64,000 bases of DNA, from contig CAWHFX010000002.1 of the NCBI GenBank assembly GCA_963828715.1, positions 617,847-681,846 of the forward strand. The letters run 5' to 3'. The position numbers and the translations under genes were made by a program. Shown here in pieces: positions 23,355 through 34,049 of the stretch; positions within the stretch are counted from its first letter, which is position 1; each line of letters begins with the position of its first letter. Under the pieces are notes generated by a model that ran no database searches, was not told the origin of the DNA, and worked only from the letters and a program-made list of their open reading frames with translations. The DNA is from an uncultured beta proteobacterium (GTDB lineage Bacteria; Pseudomonadota; Gammaproteobacteria; Burkholderiales; SG8-41).

Positions 23355-24536
23355 CTAGCGCACGGACGCGCTGGCGAACTCGCGCGCAGCCGCGATCACT
23401 CCGAGCGGGGACAGATGTTCGAGGCAGTCGCTCGCGCTCGCGATGTGGCGTTCACAGCCTTCATTCATGCAGGGCACGCAGCGGGCCCGGCCCTGAATGA
23501 GTCGCACGCGGTTCACCTGCTGATCGCCATGACGGCGCCACGGATTGCGCGGCAGCGTGTAGCCTGCGGGCCACGGCCCCCATTTCACGGGATCGCTCGG
23601 TCCGTATATCGCAATCGTCGGAACACCGAGCGCTGCCGCGGCATGCGTCACCGCTGTATCGGGTCCGATGTAGACAGCAGCATTCGACAGGACGGCCGCG
23701 AGCGCGCCGAGACTCAGCCGTCCGGACAGATCGATCGCGTTCTCGATGCGGGCAGCAATACGCGCCGCGTATTCACGCTCTGGAGCGTCCGGGCCGCCGG
23801 TGATCACGATCCGCAGGCCCTCCCGGGCGAGCCGGTTCCCCACTTCGCCCCAGCCCCGCTCGTGCCACATCTTGTAACGAAATTTGGGAAATGGATGCAG
23901 TACCGCATAGCGCGCGCCAGCGAGGCTCGACAGCGACGCCTCGGCGGCAGCCCGGTCGGCGGCGCTGAACGCCGGCACGACTTCGCGAACGGGCGCGATG
24001 CCGATCGTCTCCAGAATCGCGAGATGCATGAGCACCGTGTGCGTGTTGAGCCCGTCGAACGGCACCCATGCATTGAGCAGCGCCCGCTTCCACCGGTGCT
24101 TGCGGGAATCGATCAGCAGTCCGGCGCGACGTCGCCCCGCGAGGAACGCATACAGCGTGGGCCGATCGCCAGGTACGAGTGACAGCGCGAGGTCGTATCT
24201 GCGGAAAACACGCGCAAGCAGACGCGCGTGATCGCGGCGCGTGGGCCGTTCGGCCACGGTGAGGATGCGATCGAGGTCCGGATTGGCCGTGATAAACCCC
24301 TCCGTGCCACTGAACACCAGCATGTCGAGCTTCGCTTCCGGCCAGGCGGCTTTGAGCGATCGCACCACGGGCGTCGCCAGCAACACGTCGCCGATGCGCC
24401 GCGTGACGACGACGAGAACGCGCCTAGGTGGCCGGTCGAAACTGAGCTGGCCCGACACGGCAGGCGAGGCGTGGATCGAACCCGAGCCGCGCGGCGATGA
24501 CGCAGAAACGCGTTGTAGGACGTGCATACTAGACAT
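23355..24536 (-). CDS. glycosyltransferase family 9 (LPS heptosyltransferase-like)
   Basis: VLVVVTRRIGDVLLATPVVRSLKAAWPEAKLDMLV and GPDTAVTHAAAALGVPTIAIYGPSDP are typical GT9 motifs. Confidence 0.8.
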   Translation of the reverse strand: MSSMHVLQRVSASSPRGSGSIHASPAVSGQLSFDRPPRRVLVVVTRRIGDVLLATPVVRSLKAAWPEAKLDMLVFSGTEGFITANPDLDRILTVAERPTRRDHARLLARVFRRYDLALSLVPGDRPTLYAFLAGRRRAGLLIDSRKHRWKRALLNAWVPFDGLNTHTVLMHLAILETIGIAPVREVVPAFSAADRAAAEASLSSLAGARYAVLHPFPKFRYKMWHERGWGEVGNRLAREGLRIVITGGPDAPEREYAARIAARIENAIDLSGRLSLGALAAVLSNAAVYIGPDTAVTHAAAALGVPTIAIYGPSDPVKWGPWPAGYTLPRNPWRRHGDQQVNRVRLIQGRARCVPCMNEGCERHIASASDCLEHLSPLGVIAAAREFASASVR

Positions 24537-25344
24537 ACTGATTGAGGCCCACCGTGGCGGCCACGCGGTCGGACGCGAGGATTTCGTTCAGGCGCCGCTG
24601 ATTTTCGGAAAGCTCCGCGCGGTCGCGTTCCGGATGCCACAAGTGAAAAACAGGCGCGGCGAAACGCGCGTTCTTGTGCTGCACGCCCGCGTGCAGGAGC
24701 CTGATCACGAGGTCCGAGTCTTCGAGTCCCCAGCCCGAATAGCGCTCGTCGAATCCATTCACGCGCATGAGATCGCTCCGCCATGCCGAGAGGTTGCACG
24801 TCTTTACGCCTTCCCAGCGGCGGGGTTCGCGGCGGCGCCAGGCATCGTCCGCCAGACGGAGGAGAGGCAGCGCGCGATTCACGTCGCGTCTTGCCCACGC
24901 GTACAGCCACCGCGCCGTCGACCACGAGTGCACGGGAATACGATTGCGCAGGACACTATCCGTGAGCCGAGCGGTGAGCAGTATGCGGTTACCGGCGAGG
25001 AAATATCCGCTTTCGGCGAGAGCGCGATGGCGCGACACGAAAGCCGGCGACGGAATACAGTCTCCATCGCTGAAAATGATGTAGTCGGCCGTCGTGTGTG
25101 CGACCGCCCTGTTACGCACTGCTCCAGCGCGAAATCCACAGTCTTCCTGCCACACGTGGCGCAGCAGGAACGGCACCCGCCGCGCGTAGTCCTCGACCAC
25201 TTCGCGCGTCCTCTCGCCGGAACCATCGTCCGCGACCACGAGCTCGAAATCCGAGGTGTCCTGTGCGCAATAACCGTCCAGCACGGCCTCGAGTGCATCC
25301 GGCCGGTTGTATGTTGTGATGACGACGGCGGTATCACTCTTCAC
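24529..25344 (-). CDS. glycosyltransferase family 2
   Basis: VVITTYNRPDALEAVLDGYCAQ...ELVVADDGSGERT...IIFSDGDCIP (DxD). Confidence 0.8.
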   Translation of the reverse strand: MKSDTAVVITTYNRPDALEAVLDGYCAQDTSDFELVVADDGSGERTREVVEDYARRVPFLLRHVWQEDCGFRAGAVRNRAVAHTTADYIIFSDGDCIPSPAFVSRHRALAESGYFLAGNRILLTARLTDSVLRNRIPVHSWSTARWLYAWARRDVNRALPLLRLADDAWRRREPRRWEGVKTCNLSAWRSDLMRVNGFDERYSGWGLEDSDLVIRLLHAGVQHKNARFAAPVFHLWHPERDRAELSENQRRLNEILASDRVAATVGLNQYV

Positions 25345-26144
25345 CCGTCACCGTTCGCTGTCACTTTCAGTTGATCTTCCCGTAGCAGCATGAGCTTCAA
25401 GTAACGATAATACGATCCTTCGGCGTTCGCGACCGCGAGCATGAATCCTTCGCGGCCGTCGAGAAAGCCGGCGCGCAGGACGTACGTTCGAAAGAACGTC
25501 CATGCGCCATGCAGGACCGCCGTCGCGAGCCCCGCGCGCCCACCACGCGAAAGCCGCATCTGTGCCGATGAGGTTGAATATGCGTTCATTTTCGCCACCA
25601 TCTGGTCGAGGTCGATGATTGCCTCGTGCATGATCGGCTCGCGCAGCCGCCCCACCGTGCCGGCGACGACGAGACGTTCGTGAATGACGTCGTCCGTGAA
25701 GCGGCCGTGCGCGCGCCGGAACAGCCGCAGCACATAGTCGGGCCACCAGCCGGAGTGGTGCATGGCTCGCCCGCAGAAGCTCGAGCGGCGCGGCATCTCG
25801 TAACCGTTTCGCGCATGCGGCTCAGCGACGGCGCGCACGATCTCGGCCCGCAACGCCGGCGTAATCCACTCGTCCGAATCGAGCGACAGCACCCAGTCGC
25901 AGGTGGCACGGTCGAGCGCGCGATTTTTCTGAGGGCCGTGTCCGGGCCAGTCAGCGGTCACGTGGAACTGTACGCCGAGGCTGCGGCAGATCTCCGACGT
26001 GCGGTCGCTGCTGCCCGAATCGACGACGATGATCTCGTCCGCCCACCGCACGGATTCGATGCAACGGGCGATCATGCGCTCATTGTCGCGCACGATGATG
26101 ATGGCCGAGATACCCGGGCCGCTCCGCTCCGCGTTCGAGGTCAT
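25341..26144 (-). CDS. glycosyltransferase family 2 (LPS core type)
   Basis: ORF 25341..26162. ISAIIIVRDNERMIARCIESVRWADEIIVVDSGSSDRT...VLSLDSDE. Confidence 0.75.
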   Translation of the reverse strand: MTSNAERSGPGISAIIIVRDNERMIARCIESVRWADEIIVVDSGSSDRTSEICRSLGVQFHVTADWPGHGPQKNRALDRATCDWVLSLDSDEWITPALRAEIVRAVAEPHARNGYEMPRRSSFCGRAMHHSGWWPDYVLRLFRRAHGRFTDDVIHERLVVAGTVGRLREPIMHEAIIDLDQMVAKMNAYSTSSAQMRLSRGGRAGLATAVLHGAWTFFRTYVLRAGFLDGREGFMLAVANAEGSYYRYLKLMLLREDQLKVTANGDG

Positions 26145-26226
26145 CCTGGCGACGGGGTCCACCGTGCGTTGAACGAAACGCGTCCCGGTCGCGTCGCATG
26201 GCCGGCGCGGCCTGTGGCCGTGGTTC

Positions 26227-27456
26227 TCACGCGCGAGTCCCGCTTACCTGCGGTTGTGGTGCCGGCGTGGCCTGCGCGCAGAGCAGCCCGACGAACCACG
26301 CGAGAAGTAAACCTTCGGTGTGGTCGAACAGCAGCGAATTGAAAAGACCGCCCACCCCGAGCGCAATGACGACACCGCGCAACAAATCGCGTTGCAGCCG
26401 CGATTCGAGGTGCGACGCGTAGCGCCAGGTCACCACATAGAACCCGATCAGGAGCACCATGGCCGGTATCCCTGCCTGCGCCGCCAGCAGCAGGTAATCG
26501 TTGTGAGGATTGTCGGTCATCATCGCCGGCGTTCCGCGTATCTTCTCGGCGAAAGCGCGAGTGAATCCCCCGGTGCCCACGCCGACGAGCGGATGATCCT
26601 CGATGATCTCCAATGTCGTCCGATAGAATTCGATGCGCTGACCGACCGACGTCGAGTCGCGGGCGCCGGGACGCCACTGCTGCAGTTCGGAAGGGATTTC
26701 GTCGATGCGGGTGCGAAAGTTTTCCGAGCCGACATAAGCGCCGGCCATGACCGCGAGCACCAGCATGCCCGCTACGAGCGCTGCGCGCGATCCGCGCAGT
26801 GACGCGAGTACGAAGTACGTCAGCAGGAGCCCGAGGACCACGTAGCCCGTGCGGCCGATGACGATGAACAGCACGTTGTGTGCGCAGATCGCGGCGAGCA
26901 CGAACAGCGCGATGCGCCAGCGCCGATCCGTCGCTTCGCGCGCCCATAGAAGAAAGAGAAACCCGCCGAGCGAAACCATCAGACTATGCGTGACCGAGGC
27001 TTTGAAGCCGATCGGATAATGCGCGTGCCTCAACCCGGGCAGACCTGCCGCGGCGCTGTAGGACACGTAGAGGTTGAGGACCATCGCGACTCCATACCAC
27101 ACGAGCGCGCGACGTCGTACGTTCTCATCACAAACGGTCCAGGCAAGGACCGGGATCAGGATGAGATCGAGGTATTTTCCGAGCGCATCGAACGCTTCCG
27201 TCGGAGGTGCGGTACTGTATGCGCACCTGATGAGCAGCCACAGGTACAGCGCAAGTGCGACGGCCATCGGCGGCACATGCGTCACATCTCGCCAGGCTGC
27301 GCGGATTACGTCGCGAGCGCTCACCACTGCCGCGAGAAGGAGGATTCCGAGCAGGATCGAATCGATTGCGATCGAGATGGGAACCGTGAGTCCCAGTGCA
27401 ATCATGCACCAGGCACCGATGCGACGCGCTCGCGTAGCGCGTTCCGGACAGGTCAC
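26227..27456 (-). CDS. O-antigen ligase family membrane protein (WaaL-like)
   Basis: 409 aa, at least 10 TM segments, a large periplasmic loop and an HNDYLLLAAQAGIPAM (Wzy_C-type) motif. Confidence 0.75.
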   Translation of the reverse strand: MTCPERATRARRIGAWCMIALGLTVPISIAIDSILLGILLLAAVVSARDVIRAAWRDVTHVPPMAVALALYLWLLIRCAYSTAPPTEAFDALGKYLDLILIPVLAWTVCDENVRRRALVWYGVAMVLNLYVSYSAAAGLPGLRHAHYPIGFKASVTHSLMVSLGGFLFLLWAREATDRRWRIALFVLAAICAHNVLFIVIGRTGYVVLGLLLTYFVLASLRGSRAALVAGMLVLAVMAGAYVGSENFRTRIDEIPSELQQWRPGARDSTSVGQRIEFYRTTLEIIEDHPLVGVGTGGFTRAFAEKIRGTPAMMTDNPHNDYLLLAAQAGIPAMVLLIGFYVVTWRYASHLESRLQRDLLRGVVIALGVGGLFNSLLFDHTEGLLLAWFVGLLCAQATPAPQPQVSGTRA

Positions 27457-29363
27457 GACCTCACGGCCGGCGGCGCTGGATGGCCAGGGCTGAAAACGGA
27501 TGCTCGGTCACTGAATACGGAACCTACCAGGAGGCCGGCGGGGGGCTGCTCCTGCGCCGGCTGATATTCGTTCACCCAGCGCATCAGGGCCGCGCGCGTT
27601 TCGCCGTCGGCGAGCGTGCGTGTCGCACGCAGCCAGGGAATCAACCGGTCGATCAATTCGGGCGTAGGTGGCGCGAGCCGCACGATTCTCACTTTCGGAT
27701 GCGCGGTGCGCAGCGATTGTTCGTCGCCTCCCATCAGCTCTTCGAACAGCTTCTCTCCCGGTCTCAAGCCCGTGAAAATGATCTTCACGTCGTTCTCCGA
27801 CAGACCCGAGAGCCGGATCATGTCGCGCGCCAGATCGGCGATGCGCACTGGTTTGCCCATGTCGAGCAGGAACACTTCGCCCCCGCCGCCCATGAGCGCA
27901 GCCTGTAACACGAGCTGCGCTGCTTCGGGTATGGACATGAAGTAGCGAATGATGTCGGGATGCGTGACGGTGATCGGGCCGCCGCGCGCGAGCTGGTCCC
28001 TGAACTTCGGAATGACGCTGCCGGTGCTGCCGAGCACGTTGCCGAATCGCACCGCCATGAGCCGCATCGAGGTTCGCTGCTGTAGCGCCTGACATACCTG
28101 CTCGGCCAGCCGCTTGCTCGCGCCCATCACATTGACGGGATTCACCGCCTTGTCGGTGGAGATGAGCACGAAACGCTCGACGGCATGGGCGGCCGCTGCA
28201 GCGGCCAGGGTGTACGTGCCGAGTACGTTGTTCTGAAGCGCGAGCCACGCATTCTCTTCTTCCATGAGCGGCACGTGCTTGTAAGCGGCCGCATGGAATA
28301 CGATGCTCGGCCGATACTTCTCCATCACCTGAGCTGCACGCGCTTCGTCTTTCACATCGCCGATGGCCGACACCTTCGCCAGCGCGGGATAGTGCTCGCT
28401 GAGATCTTCGCTGATCGAATACAACGCGAACTCGCTCAGCTCGAAGAGAATCAAAAGCCGCGGCTGAAAGCGCCCGATCTGGCGGCATAGCTCGGAACCG
28501 ATCGAGCCTCCCGCGCCGCTCACCATCACGACACGGCCGGTGAGGAGATCGTGAAGACCGGCATCGTCCAGAACGACGGGATCGCGCCCCAGCAGGTCGT
28601 CCAGTTCGATCTCGCGCAGGCTGGAAACGGTGATGCGCCCGCTTACCAGATCGTCGTAACTCGGCACGGTGAGCGCCTTCACTTTGGCGTCGCTGCACGC
28701 CTGCACGGCGCGGCGCCGCTCTTCGTGCGTCGCCCCGGGCATCGCAACGATCGCGTGCTGCACGCCGATCTTCTCGGAGATCTGCGGCAGATCGGTGATG
28801 CGACCATAAACCTTCACGCCGTTCAGCAGGAGTCCGATCTTCTTCTCGTTATCGTCCAGAAAGCCCACCACGCGCCACGCGGGGCTGCGTTCGAGCTCGC
28901 GCAGGAGCGTGAGCGCCGCGTCGCCGGCGCCGAGCACGAGCACGGGTTTTCCCTGATAACGCAGGGCGCCGTACACCTCGTGCTCTCTCCACACGCGATA
29001 ACCGAGGCGGCTGCCGCTCATGAGGAGAAGCAGCAGAACGGGATCGAGCAGGAGCACGGTGCGGGGCACCGGCCCGGAAAGCTGCACCATGAAAAGCGCG
29101 ACAGGCGTGACCAGCGCTGCGATGCCGACCGCGTTCAGGATGCGCTTCAGATCCTGCAGGCTCGCGTAGCGCCAGATACCGCGATACAGACCGAAGGTCC
29201 AGAACACGAGTGTCTGGAGCGGAACGATCCAGAACATCGTGCGCAGCATGTGGTCGGTATAGTACGGTGTGATCTCCATGTTGAAGCGCAGCCAGTGCGC
29301 CAGGAACCAGGCTGCGCCGGCTGCAACAACGTCATGGAAAAAGACGAGGAAAACCCGGATCAC
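27453..29363 (-). CDS. membrane-anchored UDP-GlcNAc 4,6-dehydratase (PglF/WbpM/CapD family)
   Basis: 636 aa. Four N-terminal TM segments, VMVSGAGGSIGSEL Rossmann fold and STDKAVNPVNVMGASKRLAE (Polysacc_synt_2). Confidence 0.88.
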   Translation of the reverse strand: MIRVFLVFFHDVVAAGAAWFLAHWLRFNMEITPYYTDHMLRTMFWIVPLQTLVFWTFGLYRGIWRYASLQDLKRILNAVGIAALVTPVALFMVQLSGPVPRTVLLLDPVLLLLLMSGSRLGYRVWREHEVYGALRYQGKPVLVLGAGDAALTLLRELERSPAWRVVGFLDDNEKKIGLLLNGVKVYGRITDLPQISEKIGVQHAIVAMPGATHEERRRAVQACSDAKVKALTVPSYDDLVSGRITVSSLREIELDDLLGRDPVVLDDAGLHDLLTGRVVMVSGAGGSIGSELCRQIGRFQPRLLILFELSEFALYSISEDLSEHYPALAKVSAIGDVKDEARAAQVMEKYRPSIVFHAAAYKHVPLMEEENAWLALQNNVLGTYTLAAAAAAHAVERFVLISTDKAVNPVNVMGASKRLAEQVCQALQQRTSMRLMAVRFGNVLGSTGSVIPKFRDQLARGGPITVTHPDIIRYFMSIPEAAQLVLQAALMGGGGEVFLLDMGKPVRIADLARDMIRLSGLSENDVKIIFTGLRPGEKLFEELMGGDEQSLRTAHPKVRIVRLAPPTPELIDRLIPWLRATRTLADGETRAALMRWVNEYQPAQEQPPAGLLVGSVFSDRASVFSPGHPAPPAVRS

Positions 29364-29379
29364 GCGCGAATACCTCCGC

Positions 29380-30633
29380 TCATGCCGCCGCCGCGGACAT
29401 TACCTTGCGAATCGCCGCAGCGGTGTCCAGCACGTCGAGCCGATGAAGCGTCGGATGCACGAGCACCGAAAGACTCGTCTCGCCGAGATGACGCGCGACG
29501 GGCAGCCGCTCCTGCGGCCGCATATCGGTGCCGGCGAACGCCTCCTCCAGATAGATCTCGCTGCAGCTTCCCGAGATGCACGGTATGCCTTCGGCGTTGA
29601 TTGCTTCTACGATGCGCTCCCGTGTCCAGCCCGGCTTGAGCGCCTTCGGCTCCACGAAGCCATAGTACTTGTAATAGGCGTGCCCGCAGTCGGCACGCGG
29701 AACAGGGATGGTCAGTCCCCGAATGCCCGTGAGCTGCGAGTCCAGCAATTCCGCATGGCGGCGCCGTGCGGCGAGCCAGGTGGGCAGTTTCTTCAGCTGC
29801 TGTCGTCCGATCGCGGCCTGCATTTCAGTCATCCGCCAGTTCGTTCCGAACGACTCGTGGAGCCAGCGGAAGCCGGGTGCATGTTCGCGATTGAATACGG
29901 CATCGTAACTCTTGCCATGGTCCTTGTACGACCACGCACGGTCCCAGATCAGAGGATCGTTGGTCACGAGCATGCCGCCTTCCCCGCCCGTCGTCACGAT
30001 CTTATCCTGGCAGAACGAAAACGCGCCGATATGGCCGATGGAGCCGGTCACGCGGCCCTTGTAGGTTGCGCCGTGACTCTGGGCGCAGTCTTCGATCACC
30101 TTGAGGTTGTGCGCCCGGGCGGCTTCCAGCAGCGGATCCATGTCGCAGGGCCAGCCCGCCAGATGAACGACGATCACCGCCTTCGTTCGCGGCGTCAGCG
30201 CGGCACGCAGCGTTTCGGCGGTAATGTTGCCGGAAACTCCATCGACGTCGGCGAACAGCGGGCGCGCGCCGCGCATCACGACGCAACTCGCGGTTGCCAT
30301 GAACGAGCGCGACGGCACCACCACGTCATCGCCTGGCCCCACCCCGATCGCATGCAGCGCGAGCTCCAGCGCGATGCTGCCGTTCGCGATCGCCACGCCG
30401 TGCTTCGTCCCTACGAAATCGGCGAACTCACGCTCGAACGTCGTTCCTTCGCTGCCCGTCCAGTAGTTCGCTCTGCCGGAAACGAGAACCGCGCGCACGG
30501 CTTCGATCTCATCGGGAGCGAAATAGGGCCACGGCGGCAGCGATCTCGTACGTACGGGCATTCCGCCGTCAACGGCAAGAACGTCGCGGCCGGCTTCGGC
30601 CGCCGCAACCGGGATTATGCGAGCAGGCGACAT
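29380..30633 (-). CDS. DegT/DnrJ/EryC1/StrS sugar aminotransferase (PglE-like)
   Basis: Real gene within ORF 29380..31149, starting at the ATG at 30633 (MSPARIIPV...). GAFSFCQDKIVTTGGEGGMLVT carries the PLP lysine region. Confidence 0.85.
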   Translation of the reverse strand: MSPARIIPVAAAEAGRDVLAVDGGMPVRTRSLPPWPYFAPDEIEAVRAVLVSGRANYWTGSEGTTFEREFADFVGTKHGVAIANGSIALELALHAIGVGPGDDVVVPSRSFMATASCVVMRGARPLFADVDGVSGNITAETLRAALTPRTKAVIVVHLAGWPCDMDPLLEAARAHNLKVIEDCAQSHGATYKGRVTGSIGHIGAFSFCQDKIVTTGGEGGMLVTNDPLIWDRAWSYKDHGKSYDAVFNREHAPGFRWLHESFGTNWRMTEMQAAIGRQQLKKLPTWLAARRRHAELLDSQLTGIRGLTIPVPRADCGHAYYKYYGFVEPKALKPGWTRERIVEAINAEGIPCISGSCSEIYLEEAFAGTDMRPQERLPVARHLGETSLSVLVHPTLHRLDVLDTAAAIRKVMSAAAA

Positions 30634-31250
30634 GGCGTTCCTCCGGCACGAGCGCCGTCCGGCACATCCGAAAGCACGGTCGACCCGGCGCCGATCACGG
30701 CATCCGCGCCGATCCGCACGCTCGGAATGACCGTCGTGCCCGCACCGATCAGCGTCCTCGCTCCTATCACGACATGCCCGCAGAGGTGCGTGCCCGGCCC
30801 GATATGAGCGGCCTCGCCGACTGCGCAATCGTGATCCACGGTTGCCCCGGTATTGATTATCGCGTTGCGGCCGATGTGCGCTCCGGAATTGATTACGCAC
30901 CCGGCCATTACCACGGTGCCCGCTTCGATCTGAACTTCGCGTCCAATGACGGCCGCAGGGTGGACGGCCGTGATGAGCGTGCATCCGTGTTCGACCAGCC
31001 ACTGAGCGACATCCGTGCGTGCGCCGTTGTCGCCGATCGCAACGATCCCGTGGCGGGTCTCGCCGCGCCGCGCGAGAAGCTCGTTGCGGTCGCCGGCGAC
31101 GGGATAGCCCATCAGCGACGTGCCGCGTTTGCCAGCGGCATCGTCGCACACGAAGAGCACTCGGTGCCTTCCGGCGCGCTCGATCGCGTCGATCACGACC
31201 TTGCCGTGACCGCTCGCGCCGAACACGAAGACACCCCCGCCTTCATTCAT
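30615..31250 (-). CDS. hexapeptide-repeat sugar N-acetyltransferase (PglD/NeuD family)
   Basis: VFVFGASGHGKVVIDAIE N-terminal domain followed by left-handed beta-helix repeats (IGRNAIINTGATVDHDCAVGEAAHIGPG...). Confidence 0.85.
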   Translation of the reverse strand: MNEGGGVFVFGASGHGKVVIDAIERAGRHRVLFVCDDAAGKRGTSLMGYPVAGDRNELLARRGETRHGIVAIGDNGARTDVAQWLVEHGCTLITAVHPAAVIGREVQIEAGTVVMAGCVINSGAHIGRNAIINTGATVDHDCAVGEAAHIGPGTHLCGHVVIGARTLIGAGTTVIPSVRIGADAVIGAGSTVLSDVPDGARAGGTPCRLLA

Positions 31251-31863
31251 CGCGCAGGTTGCCGGTGAATTTCGACATGGTCGCGCGCCCCGGCTCTGAA
31301 ATGCCTTGCGGCCGGATGAGGCGCAGCGCCGTCAGTCCCACTATCTTCATATCGAGCTTAAAGGAAAGGCGCTCGACGTACCAGACATCGAGCTCGAACC
31401 GCTGTGGCCACGAGAGCGCGTTACGGCCGTTGACCTGAGCCCAGCCGGTGACGCCGGGCCGCACGTCGTGGCGGCGCGCCTGACGCTCGTCGTACAACGG
31501 CAGGTACTCCATGAGCAGTGGCCGCGGCCCTACGAGGCTCATGTCGCCTCTGAGAACGTTCCACAACTGCGGAAGTTCATCGAGGCTCGACCGCCGCAGC
31601 CATGAACCGAACGCGGTGAGTCGCGACTCGTCGGCGAGTTGTTCACCGCTGCGGCCGCGCGCATCGCTCATCGTCCTGAATTTGTATAGCAGAAACGGGC
31701 GGCCGTTGAGCCCGGGACGCTGCTGCGCGAACAATATCGGGGAGCCGAGAATCGCGCGTATCAGCAGTGCGACAGTCACGATCAGCGGCAGCGTCAGCAA
31801 GAGGCACGTTGCCGAGAGAGATACATCGAGTATGCGTTTTCCCGTGGTTCGATAGAAAGCCAT
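31243..31863 (-). CDS. undecaprenyl-phosphate sugar phosphotransferase (PglC-like small initiating PGT)
   Basis: 206 aa with one N-terminal membrane helix and YKFRTM...DELPQLWNVLRGDMSLVGPRP. Confidence 0.88.
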   Translation of the reverse strand: MAFYRTTGKRILDVSLSATCLLLTLPLIVTVALLIRAILGSPILFAQQRPGLNGRPFLLYKFRTMSDARGRSGEQLADESRLTAFGSWLRRSSLDELPQLWNVLRGDMSLVGPRPLLMEYLPLYDERQARRHDVRPGVTGWAQVNGRNALSWPQRFELDVWYVERLSFKLDMKIVGLTALRLIRPQGISEPGRATMSKFTGNLRDE

Positions 31864-31914
31864 GAGCTGCCGGCGGGCTCGAGCTGCGGCCTCTTGCGCC
31901 GGCGGTATCGAATG

Positions 31915-33093
31915 CTAGCGGCGGCCTTGCTCCGCGTCAAAGCGTCCAGCGCGGGACACTTGACGACTCGCCTGAGGCCTCTGAAGTATGCGCTCGTAAA
32001 ACGCGACGACCGCCGCCGTCACCACATCGCGTGAGAAGTGGTTCAGCGCACGCTCGCGTGCGGCGTGCGCAAGCGCGCGCCGCTTCGGCTCATCGAGCGC
32101 GAGCAGACGCATCGCATCGGCAAGGCCTTCGACATCCGCGGCCGCCACGAGAATGCCCGTAACGCCATCACCTATCGCGTCCGTGATGCCGTAAATGCGC
32201 GAGCCGATCGCGGGCAGGCCGGCCGCTGCGGCCTCGATGATGACAGCGCCAAAGCCTTCGCGATAGCTCGGCAGGCAGAAGACGTCGCCCGCCGCCATGT
32301 ACCGCTCGGGCGCCTCGGTCATGCCGACGAGCCGGAGATTCGCGCCGGCCGCGCTGCGGACAGTGCCGGTCAGCGCTTCCTCGTCCGGTCCGACCAGCAC
32401 GAGATAAGCGTTGGTCTCGGCAGCGACCCGCGCGAACGCCTGCGCGAGATCGACCACGCCCTTGTCGCGTTTGAGCCGCCCGACAAAAACGAACACCGTA
32501 GCGGCATCCGGAATGTCCAGCTCGACGCGGACCAGAGCCCGCGTCGCCGGGTCGGGCCTGAAACGCGCTGCATCCACACCGCTGATCGAGCCGCTGGCGA
32601 GCACTTCACCCTGCCCGGGCCTGAGCACGTGCTGCTCCCGCAGGAAGGCGAGCTGGGACGCGCTGTCGGCGAGGACGTGCGTAGCGCAGGCCGCGAGCAG
32701 CCGGTCCAGCGATTTCAGTAACAGGCGCGTGAAGCCCGTTTGTGTCGCCCAGACCTGTCCGGTGAACGTATGCACTCGCAACGGCACGCCGGCCATGCGG
32801 CTCGCGAGCATTGCCAGCAGTCCCGCTTTGGGCGTAACCGAGTGCACGGCATCGAAGCGCTGCCGCCGACACAGGCGGTAGAGGCTCACCAGCGCGCGCA
32901 CGTCCGCGAGCGGCGAAATGTTGCGCACGATCGGCACCTGGAAGGCGGTAACGGGCATGCCGTGGAACAGTTCCGGCTCGTTATCGCCCGTGGCAATGCT
33001 GAGGTGGTATAGCGCGCTGAGCGCGCGGATCTGATCCATGAGGAACGCGCGGGCCGTGAAGGCGGTAGCCACGACCACGCACACCTTGTTCAT
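31915..33093 (-). CDS. glycosyltransferase family 4 (GT-B)
   Basis: In ORF 31915..33411. ATG at 33093 (MNKVCVVVATAF...) overlaps the upstream stop by 4 nt. EGFGAVIIEAAAAGLPAIGS motif. Confidence 0.8.
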   Translation of the reverse strand: MNKVCVVVATAFTARAFLMDQIRALSALYHLSIATGDNEPELFHGMPVTAFQVPIVRNISPLADVRALVSLYRLCRRQRFDAVHSVTPKAGLLAMLASRMAGVPLRVHTFTGQVWATQTGFTRLLLKSLDRLLAACATHVLADSASQLAFLREQHVLRPGQGEVLASGSISGVDAARFRPDPATRALVRVELDIPDAATVFVFVGRLKRDKGVVDLAQAFARVAAETNAYLVLVGPDEEALTGTVRSAAGANLRLVGMTEAPERYMAAGDVFCLPSYREGFGAVIIEAAAAGLPAIGSRIYGITDAIGDGVTGILVAAADVEGLADAMRLLALDEPKRRALAHAARERALNHFSRDVVTAAVVAFYERILQRPQASRQVSRAGRFDAEQGRR

Positions 33094-34037
33094 CGGCTGG
33101 CCTGCCAGACCTGAGCGAGCGCGCGAATGCCGGCTTCGACGGGCACGCAGTGCGTATAGCCCAGGTCGTCGCGGGCCCGCGCGATCGGAAAGGATGCGCG
33201 GTTCACCAGCGCGGATAAGCGTTTTTCGTTGAGCGGAAAGCCCGGAATGGGGCCGAGTGCGCGCGCGAGCCAGCGTGCTGGCCGCTCGGGCACGCGCAGG
33301 GTGGGTCTCGGCTTTCCGAGCGCACCTGCAATTTCGGCAACGAAACGCTCGAGGGGACAGTCGTCCGACAGGTTGTAGACGCGGGCGCCCGATGCGTTGC
33401 CGCGTCCGCATCGAATGAGCGCAGCAACCACGTTGTCTACGTGTACATAGTGGGTGAGCGCACCCGGCTCACCTATGAAGAAGAACAGTCCGCGATCGAT
33501 CAGCGCAAACAGACGAAACAGGATGTCGTTGTTCTCGCTGTCGATGCCGGCTCCGAATACTTTGGCCGGTCGCAGCACGCGTGCCGCGAAGCCGCCCTGC
33601 TGCGCTGCCCCGAGCACGATCTGGTCCGCTTCAGCCTTGCTGCGACCGTATAGATCGACTGGGTGCGGCGGCGTATCTTCGGTGATCACGCCTGTTTCCG
33701 GAGTGCCGTAAACCGCGATGCTGCCGAGCTGCACCCAGCAGCGTACCTTTGCGCGTGCAGCGGAAACGAGCCTGCCCGTGCCCGTGACGTTCACCTCCAT
33801 CATGCGCTGCGGATCGCGTATCTCCGCCGCACAGTGATAGAGCACGTCGGCGCCGTCGGCGAAACGTGCAAGCGTTGCGGAATCGGAGGCGAGATCGCCG
33901 CGGTGAACCTCGACCGCGGGCGGCAGCCCCGGTTGCGATTGCCTCGATAACGTGCGCACCAGATCGCCCGCTTCAAGGTGCTGGCTGACAAGCCGTCTTC
34001 CCAACGTCCCGGTGGCGCCGGTGATCGCGACGATCAT
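33090..34037 (-). CDS. NAD-dependent sugar epimerase/dehydratase (SDR family)
   Basis: MIVAITGATGTLGRRL Rossmann motif and YGRSKAEAD (YxxxK). Confidence 0.8.
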   Translation of the reverse strand: MIVAITGATGTLGRRLVSQHLEAGDLVRTLSRQSQPGLPPAVEVHRGDLASDSATLARFADGADVLYHCAAEIRDPQRMMEVNVTGTGRLVSAARAKVRCWVQLGSIAVYGTPETGVITEDTPPHPVDLYGRSKAEADQIVLGAAQQGGFAARVLRPAKVFGAGIDSENNDILFRLFALIDRGLFFFIGEPGALTHYVHVDNVVAALIRCGRGNASGARVYNLSDDCPLERFVAEIAGALGKPRPTLRVPERPARWLARALGPIPGFPLNEKRLSALVNRASFPIARARDDLGYTHCVPVEAGIRALAQVWQASR

Positions 34038-34049
34038 GGAAGCGTTTCT